The notes under the pieces were generated by a model. That model did not search any database and was not told the DNA's origin. It worked only from the letters and a program-made list of their open reading frames with translations. This document shows, in pieces, positions 1-8,857 of a DNA stretch of 64,000 bases; within the stretch, counting starts at the first letter, position 1, and the number at the start of each line of letters is the position of its first letter. This DNA comes from an uncultured Candidatus Rokubacteria bacterium. GTDB lineage: Bacteria; Methylomirabilota; Methylomirabilia; Rokubacteriales; DASRDR01. Both the position numbers and the translations under genes were made by a program. Location: contig CAWDVE010000017.1 of the NCBI GenBank assembly GCA_963805625.1, positions 288,001 to 352,000 of the forward strand, in the 5' to 3' direction.

Positions 1-792
1 CGCGGGCGCCCTCGCGGCGACCCGGAGCACCTCGAGGGCGAGCCCGGGGACCAGCGTGTCGCCCACCGCGGCCACCAGCGGGACCCGACGTACGATTGCC
101 CCCGCATCGTCCGCGCTCAGGAGGGCGTGCCCCGCTGCGCCGCCGTCGACGTCGGGCACGCTACGGAGGACTGCCCGGTAGCGCCGAACTCGCCCCGACG
201 GATCCGCGCCGCGAACGACTGCGGGCGTGAAGCGGCCCCAAGGTGACACGGCAGCCGGCCCGTCGAGCCCGGCCAGCCCGATCACGCTCGGCGCGCCGCC
301 GAGCGCCTGGCCGAGCGCGCGGTCGCCGTCGGGCACCGACGCGACCCAGGCCGCGGTCCGCGCCGCCAGGCCCGGGAGGCGGCTGGCGAGGCTCGCTCCG
401 GAGAAGCCGTCTGCTTCCGGGAATAGGAGATTGAGTCCCACGGCGGCGGGTCTCGCCGCGCGGATGTGATCGACGAGCTGGGCCAGGAGCTGGCGGGGCC
501 AGGGCCACTGGCCGTACCGGGCGAGGCTCGGCTCGTCCACGGCCACGATGACGGCGGGCCCCGAGATCCGGACGCGTGGCGCGAGCCGCTGGCAGAAGTC
601 GAACCAGAGCCCACGCAACCGGGCGTCGGGTCCCCAAACGAGCAGGAGAATGGTGAGGGCGACGAGGGCCAGCGCGCCGACCGATCGGCCCGCGCTCCCC
701 AGCCGCGCGATGCGCGACCAGGTGCCCGCCGGCCCGTCGGGCGCCTCGGCGGGCCCGCGTCTCGCCCCGCCGGGCTCGGCGTCAGCCCCCAC
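1..792 (-). CDS. CHASE2-domain membrane protein, probably an adenylate/guanylate cyclase or related sensor; runs off the window edge
   Basis: Not in the ORF track. Manual translation from GTG 792 (GGAGG upstream) gives a TM helix, then IVAVDEPSLARYGQWPWPRQLLA and IVRRVPLVAAVGDTLVPGLALEVLR, typical CHASE2 motifs. The output domain lies outside the window. Confidence 0.85.
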   Translation of the reverse strand, partial: MGADAEPGGARRGPAEAPDGPAGTWSRIARLGSAGRSVGALALVALTILLLVWGPDARLRGLWFDFCQRLAPRVRISGPAVIVAVDEPSLARYGQWPWPRQLLAQLVDHIRAARPAAVGLNLLFPEADGFSGASLASRLPGLAARTAAWVASVPDGDRALGQALGGAPSVIGLAGLDGPAAVSPWGRFTPAVVRGADPSGRVRRYRAVLRSVPDVDGGAAGHALLSADDAGAIVRRVPLVAAVGDTLVPGLALEVLRVAARAPA

Positions 793-807
793 GCGAGCCT
801 CCGGCCG

Positions 808-1767
808 TCAGACGCGAAGCTCGAGGCCGTCGTACGCGGCCGTGATGCGGAGGGGACGCTCACCCCGGGTCAGCTCCTCGAGGCGCTCGGTCTCCTGCCA
901 AATGGCCGTCAGCTTCTCGTCGTCGTACGCCGGCTCGTGATGGAACAGGCACAGGTGCCGGACGCCCGCCATCTGGCACAGCTCGACGCCCACGATGTTG
1001 CTCGAGTGACCCCAGTCCTCCTTGATGGAGAACGCGTCGGCCAGGGAGTACATGGCGTCGAAGATCACGAGGTCGGCGTCCCGGAAGAAGGCGGCGAACC
1101 CGCGCGCGCTCGCGGGGTCGTCGAGCTTGTGCTCGGAGTCCGTCGAATAAACGACGGCCTTGCCGTCCCGCTCGAACCGGTACGCGTAGGAGTCGCCGGA
1201 GTGGAACTGCCGCTTCCCGGTGACTCGAAGGCCCGCGACCTCGTAGGTCTCACCCGGGACCAGGCGGACGAACTCGATGGTGGACGGGAGCTGCGAGAAG
1301 TTCACCGGGAAGCTCGGCGCCCCGTGCTGGCGCCGGAACCCCGCCTCGATGTCCTCGTGACAGCCGTGGACGACGATGCGGTTGCCCGGGATGTAGGCCG
1401 GGACGAAGAAAGGGAAGCCCTGGATGTGATCCCAGTGCAGATGCGACAGGAAGACGTGGAAGACCTGGGCCACGCCGGGCCGATACCGGGCCATCGCGGC
1501 GAGCCCGAGCTCGCGCGCGCCCGAGCCGAGGTCGCACAGCACGTACTCGGGGCTGCCCACGTCGATCTGGACGCAGGCCGTGTTGCCCCCGAATGTGTGG
1601 GAGGTGGCGAAGTCGAGCTCCTCCGCGACGAAGCGCTCGAGGGCTTCGTCGGTGTCGAGGGGTCGTCCCGCTGCCTTGCGAAGGGCTCGGAGCAGCTTTC
1701 GTCGGAGGCCGGCCGTGCCGAGAGGCGCCGGCAACGACCCGCGGGTGCCCCAGAAGCGGATCAGCAT
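808..1767 (-). CDS. MBL-fold metallo-hydrolase (putative cyclic phosphodiesterase)
   Basis: N-terminal RFWGTRGS, FGGNTAC, metal motif SHLHWDHIQG, WGHSS, LFHHEP. Confidence 0.9.
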   Translation of the reverse strand: MLIRFWGTRGSLPAPLGTAGLRRKLLRALRKAAGRPLDTDEALERFVAEELDFATSHTFGGNTACVQIDVGSPEYVLCDLGSGARELGLAAMARYRPGVAQVFHVFLSHLHWDHIQGFPFFVPAYIPGNRIVVHGCHEDIEAGFRRQHGAPSFPVNFSQLPSTIEFVRLVPGETYEVAGLRVTGKRQFHSGDSYAYRFERDGKAVVYSTDSEHKLDDPASARGFAAFFRDADLVIFDAMYSLADAFSIKEDWGHSSNIVGVELCQMAGVRHLCLFHHEPAYDDEKLTAIWQETERLEELTRGERPLRITAAYDGLELRV

Positions 1768-1815
1768 GGGATCAGCTTTGGCGTCGCGGTGCGCTCCGGC
1801 GGCCGGCCGCGCGGC

Positions 1816-2211
1816 TCACCGGCCCGCAGCGCCCGGTTGCGGTCGCGCGGCGGAATTCGCGAGCGCGTCGGCCACGCTCGCGAAGCACGGGAACACCAGG
1901 GTGAACTTGCTGATCTCGAAGATCTCCCGCACGAGCGGCTGGAGCGCGGCGACCGCGATCGTCCCGCCCTGCGCCCGGGCCTGCCGGGAGGCGAGCATGA
2001 GGACGCGGAGCCCTACGCTGGCGATGTAATCCACCCCGCCGAGGTCGAGCACCAGGGTGTGCCCGGGACCCGCCTGGGCCAGGTGCGGCCCGAGCGCCGT
2101 CTTGAACGCTTCGGCGCTGGCGTGATCGATGCGTCCCCGCGGGCTCAGGACGACGGTGTCACCGTGGCGGGCGCTCGAGAGTTCCATCGCTGGGTCGGCA
2201 GACGGAGGCAT
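1816..2211 (-). CDS. STAS-domain anti-sigma factor antagonist
   Basis: LSPRGRID...LVLDLGGVDYIASVGLRVL with the phosphorylatable Ser. Start is ATG 2211 or 2187; the ORF-track extension to 2343 runs into the IS end. Confidence 0.88.
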   Translation of the reverse strand: MPPSADPAMELSSARHGDTVVLSPRGRIDHASAEAFKTALGPHLAQAGPGHTLVLDLGGVDYIASVGLRVLMLASRQARAQGGTIAVAALQPLVREIFEISKFTLVFPCFASVADALANSAARPQPGAAGR

Positions 2212-2232
2212 GGCTATTCGTCGGTGCGGCCT

Positions 2233-2261
2233 AGGGTAGCAGAAGGCCTTCGGGCGGGTAA
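2233..2261 (-). promoter_or_regulatory. Putative sigma70-type promoter for STAS-MBL-CHASE2
   Basis: Minus strand TTACCC-17 nt-TACCCT with extended TG, about 20 nt before ATG 2211. Confidence 0.55.
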
Positions 2262-2278
2262 GGGGCGCCCGGAGCGAT
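2261..2278. repeat. 18-bp target-site duplication AGGGGCGCCCGGAGCGAT (second copy 3771-3788)
   Basis: Exact direct repeat flanking the IS. Confidence 0.92.
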
Positions 2279-3770
2279 TCTTGCTGCGCTATAGAAATGT
2301 CCTCCCCTAACTGCGCTGTAGAAATGTCCTCCCATGGAGACATGGGAGATCGTCACGATGAGCCGCAAGGAGGCCCGCCGGCCGGGCCTGGTGCAGTTGG
2401 CCATGACCGGGAAGATCACGACCGCCGAAGGGGCCGGGAGCTTGAAGATGACCCCGCGGCAGTTCCGGCGTCTCAAGGCCCGGTATCGGGCCGAGGGCGT
2501 CCGCGGGCTGGTCCATCGCTTGCGGGGCCGGCCCTCGCCTCGGGCGCTGGATGTCCAGATCCGGGATCGCGTGCAGGAGTTGATCCAGACCACCTACCGC
2601 GAGTTCAATGACTGCCACTGCACCGAGAAGCTCCGCGAGGTCGAGGGCCTCATGGTCGGCCGCGAGACCCTCCGCCGCCTCCGGCGGGCCCTCGGCCTGC
2701 CCCCGAAGCGGCGCCGCCGGCCCCGCCAGCACCGGACCCGCCGCCCCCGGCAGCCGGCCATGGGCCGCCTCGTCCTCGTCGACGGCAGCCCGTTCGACTG
2801 GCTGGGTACTGGGACGCCCCTGCTCCTCCTGGGCGCCATCGACGACGCCACCAGCACCGTCCTCGCCCTCCACCTTCGCCCCGCCGAGGACCTGCATGGC
2901 TATCTCACCCTGCTGCAACGGCTGGCCGAGCAGCACGGCCTGCCCGTGACCCTCTACGGGGATCGCCTCGGCGTCTTCGTCCGCAATGACGCCCACTGGA
3001 GTCTCGAGGAAGAGCTGCAGGGCAGGCAGCATCCCACCCAGTTCGGCCAGGTCCTGCGGGACCTCGGGATCGGCTACATCGCCGCCCACTCGCCCCAGGC
3101 CAAGGGCCGCATCGAGCGCCTCTGGGACACCCGCCAGGATCGCCTCGTCGCCGAGCTCCGCCTCCGCCGGCTCACCACGGTGGCCGCGGCCGAGGCCTAC
3201 CTGCCCACCTATCTCGCCGATCACAACCGCCGCTTCACGCAGCCGCCCGGCGAGCCCCTGGCCGCCTGGCGCCACCCGCCCCGCGATCTCGCCGACCGCC
3301 TGAGCTGCGGCTACACGCGCCGCGTCGCCCGCGACAACACCGTCCGCCTCGGCCCTCGCCTGATCCAGATCCCCCGCGGCCCCCACGGCCGCTCCTACGC
3401 GGGCTGTCGCGTTGAGCTCCGCGAATGCCTCGATGGCCGCGTGCTGGTCGACTATCACCGGCGGCGCCTGGTCACGGATCCGCCCCCGACGGCCGAATTC
3501 GTCCTCGTCCCTCGCCGGGCGCAACGCCTACGCGCCTCCAGGAGCGCGTCCAAGGAGGGGGGCCGCGATCTCCCCCTGGGCCAACACGCCCGATCTTCGG
3601 CGATCGCCGCCCTCACCGCCTTGGCCCGCGACCTGCGCCGCCCGGCGCGTCCACACCCCTGGCGGCGGACCTTCTCGCGCCGCCAACGCGAGCGGAACCG
3701 TCAGCACACCCTCCCCGAGGGCGGACATTCTCACTGAGCAGTTAGGCGGACATTTCTACTGGACAGCGAC
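2279..3770 (+). mobile_element. IS1202-like (ISNCY/IS481-related) insertion sequence, copy 1
   Basis: Transposase, imperfect IRs with doubled subterminal motifs (CTGCGCTRTAGAAATGTCCTCCC x2 left; GGACATT x2 right), 18-bp TSD. Confidence 0.85.
2334..3737 (+). CDS. DDE (rve) transposase, IS1202-like
   Basis: HTH N-terminus, VDGS..DW, IDDAT, YGD, PQAKGRIERLW, C-terminal HPWRR motif. Confidence 0.92.
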   Translation: METWEIVTMSRKEARRPGLVQLAMTGKITTAEGAGSLKMTPRQFRRLKARYRAEGVRGLVHRLRGRPSPRALDVQIRDRVQELIQTTYREFNDCHCTEKLREVEGLMVGRETLRRLRRALGLPPKRRRRPRQHRTRRPRQPAMGRLVLVDGSPFDWLGTGTPLLLLGAIDDATSTVLALHLRPAEDLHGYLTLLQRLAEQHGLPVTLYGDRLGVFVRNDAHWSLEEELQGRQHPTQFGQVLRDLGIGYIAAHSPQAKGRIERLWDTRQDRLVAELRLRRLTTVAAAEAYLPTYLADHNRRFTQPPGEPLAAWRHPPRDLADRLSCGYTRRVARDNTVRLGPRLIQIPRGPHGRSYAGCRVELRECLDGRVLVDYHRRRLVTDPPPTAEFVLVPRRAQRLRASRSASKEGGRDLPLGQHARSSAIAALTALARDLRRPARPHPWRRTFSRRQRERNRQHTLPEGGHSH

Positions 3771-3791
3771 AGGGGCGCCCGGAGCGATGCG

Positions 3792-5222
3792 TCAGAAGCT
3801 CAGGCCGAATGCCACGGTGAGGTTGGTGCCCTCGTCCGAGAAACCCAGATCCGCGCGGAAGACGGCCAGCCGCTCCAGCGAGATCCGGAGCCCGACACCG
3901 TAGCTCGCGTGGATGCGGGCCTCTGGCAGGTCGCCGAGACTCGGGGCCACGGTGCCGAGCTCTCCGAAGAGCGCCAGGCCGACCCGCTCGATCCGGATCG
4001 TGCGAGTCAGCCGGAACCCGCGCGGGATGACCCAGAACCGGTACTCGGCCACCGCGTGCCACGCCGAATCGTCCGTGAAGCGATTCGCGATGTACCCGCG
4101 AAGCGTAGAGGATCCCCCCAAGCTCGGGAGGTCGTAGAAGGGCAGGTCGCCGACCGTCGTGTCCACCTGGAACCCGAGCGCGATCGTGTCAGTGGGTGGA
4201 TTCTCCTCCCGGCCATCGCCGCCCGAATGAAAGAGCGGCGGCATCGGGAAGACGATGCTGCCATAGGCCGTCAGGACCGCGCCCAGGCTCCCGTCGCTCT
4301 GCCACGGCGCCGCGTCGGCGATCACGCCCACGCGCCAGCCGCTGTACGGCTGGTGCTGGCTGTCACGCGTGTCGTAGCGGAGGCCTGCCGTCACGTAGGT
4401 CGCGCTCAGGCCGTCCGCGTCCTTGAAGAGGACGGGGTACGCGTCCTCGGTGCTGGGCACCCCGGAGACCCGGCCACGCGCGAGGTTGTGGTGGTCGCCG
4501 CGGAGTCCGGCGGTCGCGATCCAGCCCCCCCCGGGCCCCGGCAGAGCGAGATCCGCGCGGAGGCCCGCGTCCGCGACCTCGTCCGTGTAGCTCGACTCGG
4601 CGCTCTCTTTTGTGTCGGGCCCGAGGCCGAAAAACCGCCGCGTGAGGGTCCGCTGGTACCCGCCGGAAGCGGCGAGGTAGCTCCGCTCCTCCACGGCAAC
4701 GCCGCCGTCGGGGAGCTCGCGATGATAGAGCCACCGTCGCCAGACGAGGCGGTACCGCTCCTGGCCCTCGGTCGTGTAGGTGACAAAGGCGCCCAGGAAC
4801 TCCCGGCGCCGCTGCTCCCGGAAGTCGATGTCCGTGAGCGCGATGCCGCCCCCGAGGCCCACGTCCTCCTGAAAGAAGATCTGCGGCGACGCGAAGCTCG
4901 TGACGAGCCAGCGCTGGAACACGTTCCCCGGCATGATCCGGCCCTCGGGGATGTAGCGCCAACGTTGGGGCTCTGGCAGATCTTCCGGGAGCGGGACCTT
5001 GGGAATCCGGCCGCTCTCGTCCATGCCGAGGAGGGGGTCGTAGAGCGGGCGGAGCTCCCGGTCCCGGTCCACGCGCTGGGCGACGGCCGGCGGGGGCGCG
5101 GCGAGACCGGTGAGGACGGCGGCGAGGCCGAGCGCGAGACTCAGGCCGGGCCGCCGCCAGCACACGGGGGCCCACGTCGATCGGGCGCGCCCCCACCCTC
5201 CTCCGATGGCCGTGAGCGTCAC
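3792..5222 (-). CDS. Omp85/BamA-TamA family outer-membrane beta-barrel protein
   Basis: Signal-like N-terminus, LGGSSTLRGY (loop 6 motif), SYGVGLR, C-terminal FGLSF. Start uncertain. Confidence 0.85.
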   Translation of the reverse strand: MTLTAIGGGWGRARSTWAPVCWRRPGLSLALGLAAVLTGLAAPPPAVAQRVDRDRELRPLYDPLLGMDESGRIPKVPLPEDLPEPQRWRYIPEGRIMPGNVFQRWLVTSFASPQIFFQEDVGLGGGIALTDIDFREQRRREFLGAFVTYTTEGQERYRLVWRRWLYHRELPDGGVAVEERSYLAASGGYQRTLTRRFFGLGPDTKESAESSYTDEVADAGLRADLALPGPGGGWIATAGLRGDHHNLARGRVSGVPSTEDAYPVLFKDADGLSATYVTAGLRYDTRDSQHQPYSGWRVGVIADAAPWQSDGSLGAVLTAYGSIVFPMPPLFHSGGDGREENPPTDTIALGFQVDTTVGDLPFYDLPSLGGSSTLRGYIANRFTDDSAWHAVAEYRFWVIPRGFRLTRTIRIERVGLALFGELGTVAPSLGDLPEARIHASYGVGLRISLERLAVFRADLGFSDEGTNLTVAFGLSF

Positions 5223-5238
5223 CTCGGCCCGGCCGGGC

Positions 5239-6450
5239 TCAGGCCGGCGGCCCCGAGGCGGGCCGGCGGCCCCCCCCGGATTCCGCCGTGGCCGCCCCGG
5301 TCAGCGCGCCCAAGCGCTCCTCGGCGGTCCGGGTGATGGTCGCCTTGAGACTGGGGTTATTCTCGAGGAGGCGGCGGAAGTCGGCGACGTCGAGGGAGAG
5401 GAGCTGGCACTCGGCGAGCGTGGTCACTGTCGCCGTGCGTACCGTGTCGCGAATGAGGGCGATCTCGCCGAAGTACTGGCCGCGGCCGAGCCGGACCGGC
5501 GTGGGCGTGATGTCCACTTGGACCTCGCCGGCCATGATGAAGAACATCGCGTCCGCTGGATCGCCGCGCCGGACGACGGCAAACTGAGCGGGGACCACCT
5601 GGCGCTTGAGGAGCCGGGCGATCTCGGCGATCCGCGCGGCGTCCAGGCCGGCAAACAGTGGGACGTTGGCGACCGTCTGCCAGGTGACGACGAAGTCACG
5701 CTTGCGGATCTCGCTCGCGAACCCCGTGGCGAGGATGCCCGCCGGCACCGCGAAGACTGCGATCCCGATCACCATCACCATGCCGCCGAAGATCCTGCCG
5801 AGCGGCGTGATCGGGAACATGTCGCCGTAGCCGACCGTCGCGATCGTCACGATTGCCCACCACATGGCGTGAGGGATGCTGGCGAAGACCTTGGGCTGCG
5901 CCTCGCGCTCGAGGACGTACATGATGGACGCCTCGAGGACCAGCAGGACCACCACGACCAGGAGCGTGGCGAGGAGCGCGCGGCTCTCGTTCCGGATCAC
6001 CGCCGCGAAGAGGGGGAGTGCCGGCGTGTATCGGGCCAGCTTGAGGAGCCGCAGCACCCGCAACAGACGGAGCGCATCCGTGGGGATGGGAACGACCGCT
6101 GCCACCAAGGCCGGGAGCACGGCCAAGAGGTCCACGAACCCGACGAACGATGTCGCGTAGTGGAGCCGGGCGCGCCAGGGCTCCCGCGCCCCGATGGCCT
6201 CGCGCTCGGGCGCGGCCCAGAGGCGAAGCGCATACTCGACCGCCATCACCGCTACGGCCAGCGCCTCGACCAGGCGGAGGAGCCAGCCAATCCTCGGCGG
6301 GAGCTCCTCCAGCGTCTCGACCACCACCGCCACGACGCTCACGAGGACGAGGGCCACCAGCATCCCGTTGACGAGCCGGTTCGACCACGGCGGGCTCTCG
6401 GCCGAGGCTAGCAGGCGATCGATCTGGGCACGCCACGCGGGCGGTTTCAT
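5239..6450 (-). CDS. Cyclic nucleotide-gated potassium channel (MloK1/SthK-like)
   Basis: S4 segment RLLRVLRLLKLARY, selectivity filter TVGYGD, cNMP-binding domain FGEIAL...RTATV. Confidence 0.92.
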   Translation of the reverse strand: MKPPAWRAQIDRLLASAESPPWSNRLVNGMLVALVLVSVVAVVVETLEELPPRIGWLLRLVEALAVAVMAVEYALRLWAAPEREAIGAREPWRARLHYATSFVGFVDLLAVLPALVAAVVPIPTDALRLLRVLRLLKLARYTPALPLFAAVIRNESRALLATLLVVVVLLVLEASIMYVLEREAQPKVFASIPHAMWWAIVTIATVGYGDMFPITPLGRIFGGMVMVIGIAVFAVPAGILATGFASEIRKRDFVVTWQTVANVPLFAGLDAARIAEIARLLKRQVVPAQFAVVRRGDPADAMFFIMAGEVQVDITPTPVRLGRGQYFGEIALIRDTVRTATVTTLAECQLLSLDVADFRRLLENNPSLKATITRTAEERLGALTGAATAESGGGRRPASGPPA

Positions 6451-6826
6451 GGAACGACCTCCGGGAGATTCTACAGGATGGGTCCCGCCAGCCCCGAGCC
6501 TTCAGGCAGCGGGCATCCGGGGCGATTCCACGGATGGCAGACCCCCTCAAGGATGGCGGCCAGATGCCCGGGACCGGCTTGCAGAAGGCGGCAAAGCGCG
6601 GCATGGTCCGCAACCTCCCCGCGACCTGCATCGCACGGAGGGCGCCGCCCGCCCCGCAACCTATCCGCAACCGGCGTCGCGCGTCTTTCACCACCGAGGG
6701 CTCGGCCTGCCGCGACCCACTACCACCGTGGCGACCTCTCCAGGGGCACCTTTGCTGGCGCGGGGCCCCATTCCGCACCACGGAGCCTGAAATTGCTGGT
6801 CCAACCGCCGCCGCCTGACCCGCCAT

Positions 6827-7030
6827 GCTCCATGGACGTTCACCGTCGGATTGCCCGGACCGTCCGGGGGCGCCGCCGCGGCCCCTTTCTTCTTGAAGCT
6901 CTTCAGGCCCAGGCCTCAATCAGGGTCCCGTCGACAGTGAAGTGCTCCGCGGACAGGAGCGGCCGCGCCTTCGCCTGGGCCAGCACGCGCGCGAAGAAAG
7001 CCCGGGCGATGTCCCCCTGGAGCGGCGGCT
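6827..7030 (-). pseudogene. IS5-family transposase fragment
   Basis: Manual translation GDIARAFFARVLAQAKARPLLSAEHFTVDGTLIEAWA / frameshift / LKSFKKK...GNPTVN. Confidence 0.75.
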
Positions 7031-7077
7031 CTTACAGCCTCGTCATCTCGAGCCCGGGACCGGTCCTCGGGAGCTGG

Positions 7078-7520
7078 TTGGCCAGTGGCGCCGGCCCCGG
7101 GGGCGGCCCCCACGTCAGCCTGATCGACGTCGCCACCGGCGTCTCCGTCCGCGGCTTCTTCGCCTCCACCTCCGGGTTCACCGGTGGCGCGCATGTGGCC
7201 GTCGGCGACGTGAACGGTGACGGCTTCCCCGACGTGGTGACGGGAGCGGGGCCGGGCGGTGGCCCCCACGTCAAGGTCTTCGACGGTGTCACCGGGGCCG
7301 AGATCCAGAGCTTCTTCGCCTACGCTCCGGGTTCACCGGTGGCGTCTACGTGGCCGCCAGTGACGTCAACGGCGACGGCAAGACCGACATCATCACCGGC
7401 GCCGGCCCGGGTGGCGGCCCCCACGTCAGGGTCTTCGACGGTGTCACGGGGGGCCGAGATCGAGGGCTTCTTCGCCTACGCCCCCGGGTTCACGACGGCG
7501 TCTTCGTCGGCGGCCAGTGA
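7078..7520 (+). pseudogene. FG-GAP/VCBS-like beta-propeller repeat protein fragment
   Basis: Repeats [28 protein letters not shown] and [11 protein letters not shown], broken by frameshifts near 7330, 7450 and 7495. Confidence 0.8.
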
Positions 7521-7547
7521 GGTCGGTGACGGCCGCCGTCGAGCGCA

Positions 7548-7650
7548 GTGCATTTTGGCACCAGGGTGATGGCCGCCGCGCAAGCAGGTGAGGTTTTGGT
7601 TTCCAGCACGGTACACGGCATCCTGAGGGGCTCGCGCTGTTTATTCGCTA
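7548..7650 (+). pseudogene. Class III adenylate cyclase C-terminal fragment
   Basis: HFGTRVMAAAQAGEVLVSSTVHGILRGS resembles the (V)HxGARVxAxAxPGEVLVSSTV tail of class III cyclases. Confidence 0.55.
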
Positions 7651-7734
7651 CGACAGTGACCATCCCTTCGGGCGGCTTCCTCATCAGCCTGGCGGAGACC
7701 TACACCCAAGGCGGAAACGTGCCGCCCCGGCGCG

Positions 7735-8209
7735 CCATCATCACGGGGGCGGGGCCAGGCGGCGGGCCACGTGCGCCTCGTCAACGCGGTTACAGGAGCG
7801 GAAATCTTCAGCTTCTTCGCTTACGCGCCGACCTTCGCCGGCGGCGTCCGGGTCGCCAGCGGAGACGTCAACGGCGATGGCGTACCCGACATCATCACGG
7901 GCGCCGGTCCGGGTGGGGGGCCCCACGTCCGGGTCTTCGACGGTGCGCCGGCTGTGGCCGGGAGTCTCGTGGAACTCTTGAGCTTCTTCGCCTACCACTC
8001 GAGCTTCACCGGGGGCGTCTTCGTCGGTGCCGCGGACCTCAACGGCGATGGCAAAGCGGACATCATTACGGGGGCGGGCAGCGGCGGCGGCCCGCACGTG
8101 AGAGTGTTCGATGGGGGCCACCGGGGCGCCGCTCGTGCCGCCCGATGGCGGCTTCTTCGCCTACGACCCGAACCTCACCGGCGGTGTCTTCGTAGCCGGA
8201 TTTCGCTGA
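7735..8209 (+). pseudogene. Second FG-GAP repeat protein fragment
   Basis: Same repeat unit ([28 protein letters not shown]), with frameshifts near 7770 and 8115. Confidence 0.8.
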
Positions 8210-8545
8210 GGTCCGGCCCCGGCGGCCCTCGAGCGCCCACGATCGCGGTTCGGGCCCCCCAGCCGGATCGTCCGACACTCCGACACACCCACCGCGCGCG
8301 AGGCTCCCTGTCGGCCTCGGACCTGGACCTCGCCCGGCTGGCTTGCCGGCGCGAAGATCCAGAGGCGCTCGGGACCCGGCTGGTGAACTTCTGCCGCTGG
8401 CCGTCCTGGCTTTGGGCCCTCCCGAGGTGCGGCCTTGGCAGGTCGGGGGCCAGGAGATGCGGGCCCTCTTTCCGGTCGAGACCCCCCCAGCGGTCGCGGC
8501 ACTGATCCGAGCCCGCCGCCGCCGCCGGGCGAACGCTGGAAGCGA

Positions 8546-8857
8546 GAGGTGCGCACGCCCGAGGACATCGCCCGGGGCCTCGGGGGACTCGCGGAAGCGG
8601 ATGCGCTACTCGAAATCCCCGGCGGCCTGCCCTCGGGGCACGTGGCTGACATGATTCGAGCGGCACACGCAAGGCGTATTGCTGACACGGCGCAAGAGGC
8701 TGCGCGACTGGTGGTCAAGATCCAGCGTGGGGCGAACGCGGGGGACCTGCCGGTGGAGCGGCCGACGAAGATCAGGCTCGTCACTAACCTCGAGACCGCG
8801 AAGGCCCTCGGCCTCACGATCCCGCCGGCGGTGCTCGCGCGGGCGGATGAGGTGATT
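8546..8857 (+). pseudogene. ABC transporter substrate-binding protein (TrpX-like family) C-terminal fragment; last codons displaced to 10214-10219 by the IS
   Basis: GDLPVERPTKIRLVTNLETAKALGLTIPPAVLARADEVI, continuing R-stop after the IS. Confidence 0.8.

Noticed and set aside
2269-2280. Similarity of CCGGAGCGATTC to the island repeat CCGGGGCGATTC as a shared target sequence
   Set aside because: The match partly includes IS-end bases, is in the opposite orientation relative to the promoter, and is absent from the other 18-bp target.
6640-6700. CCGCAACCTATCCGCAACC as an integrase end or arm site
   Set aside because: Short repeat with no recognisable integrase sequence nearby.
7078-8209. Repeated DNA units (GGCCCCCACGTC..GGTCTTCGACGG) as a CRISPR or ncRNA array
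   Set aside because: They encode FG-GAP protein repeats with synonymous variation; there are no unique spacers and no cas genes.
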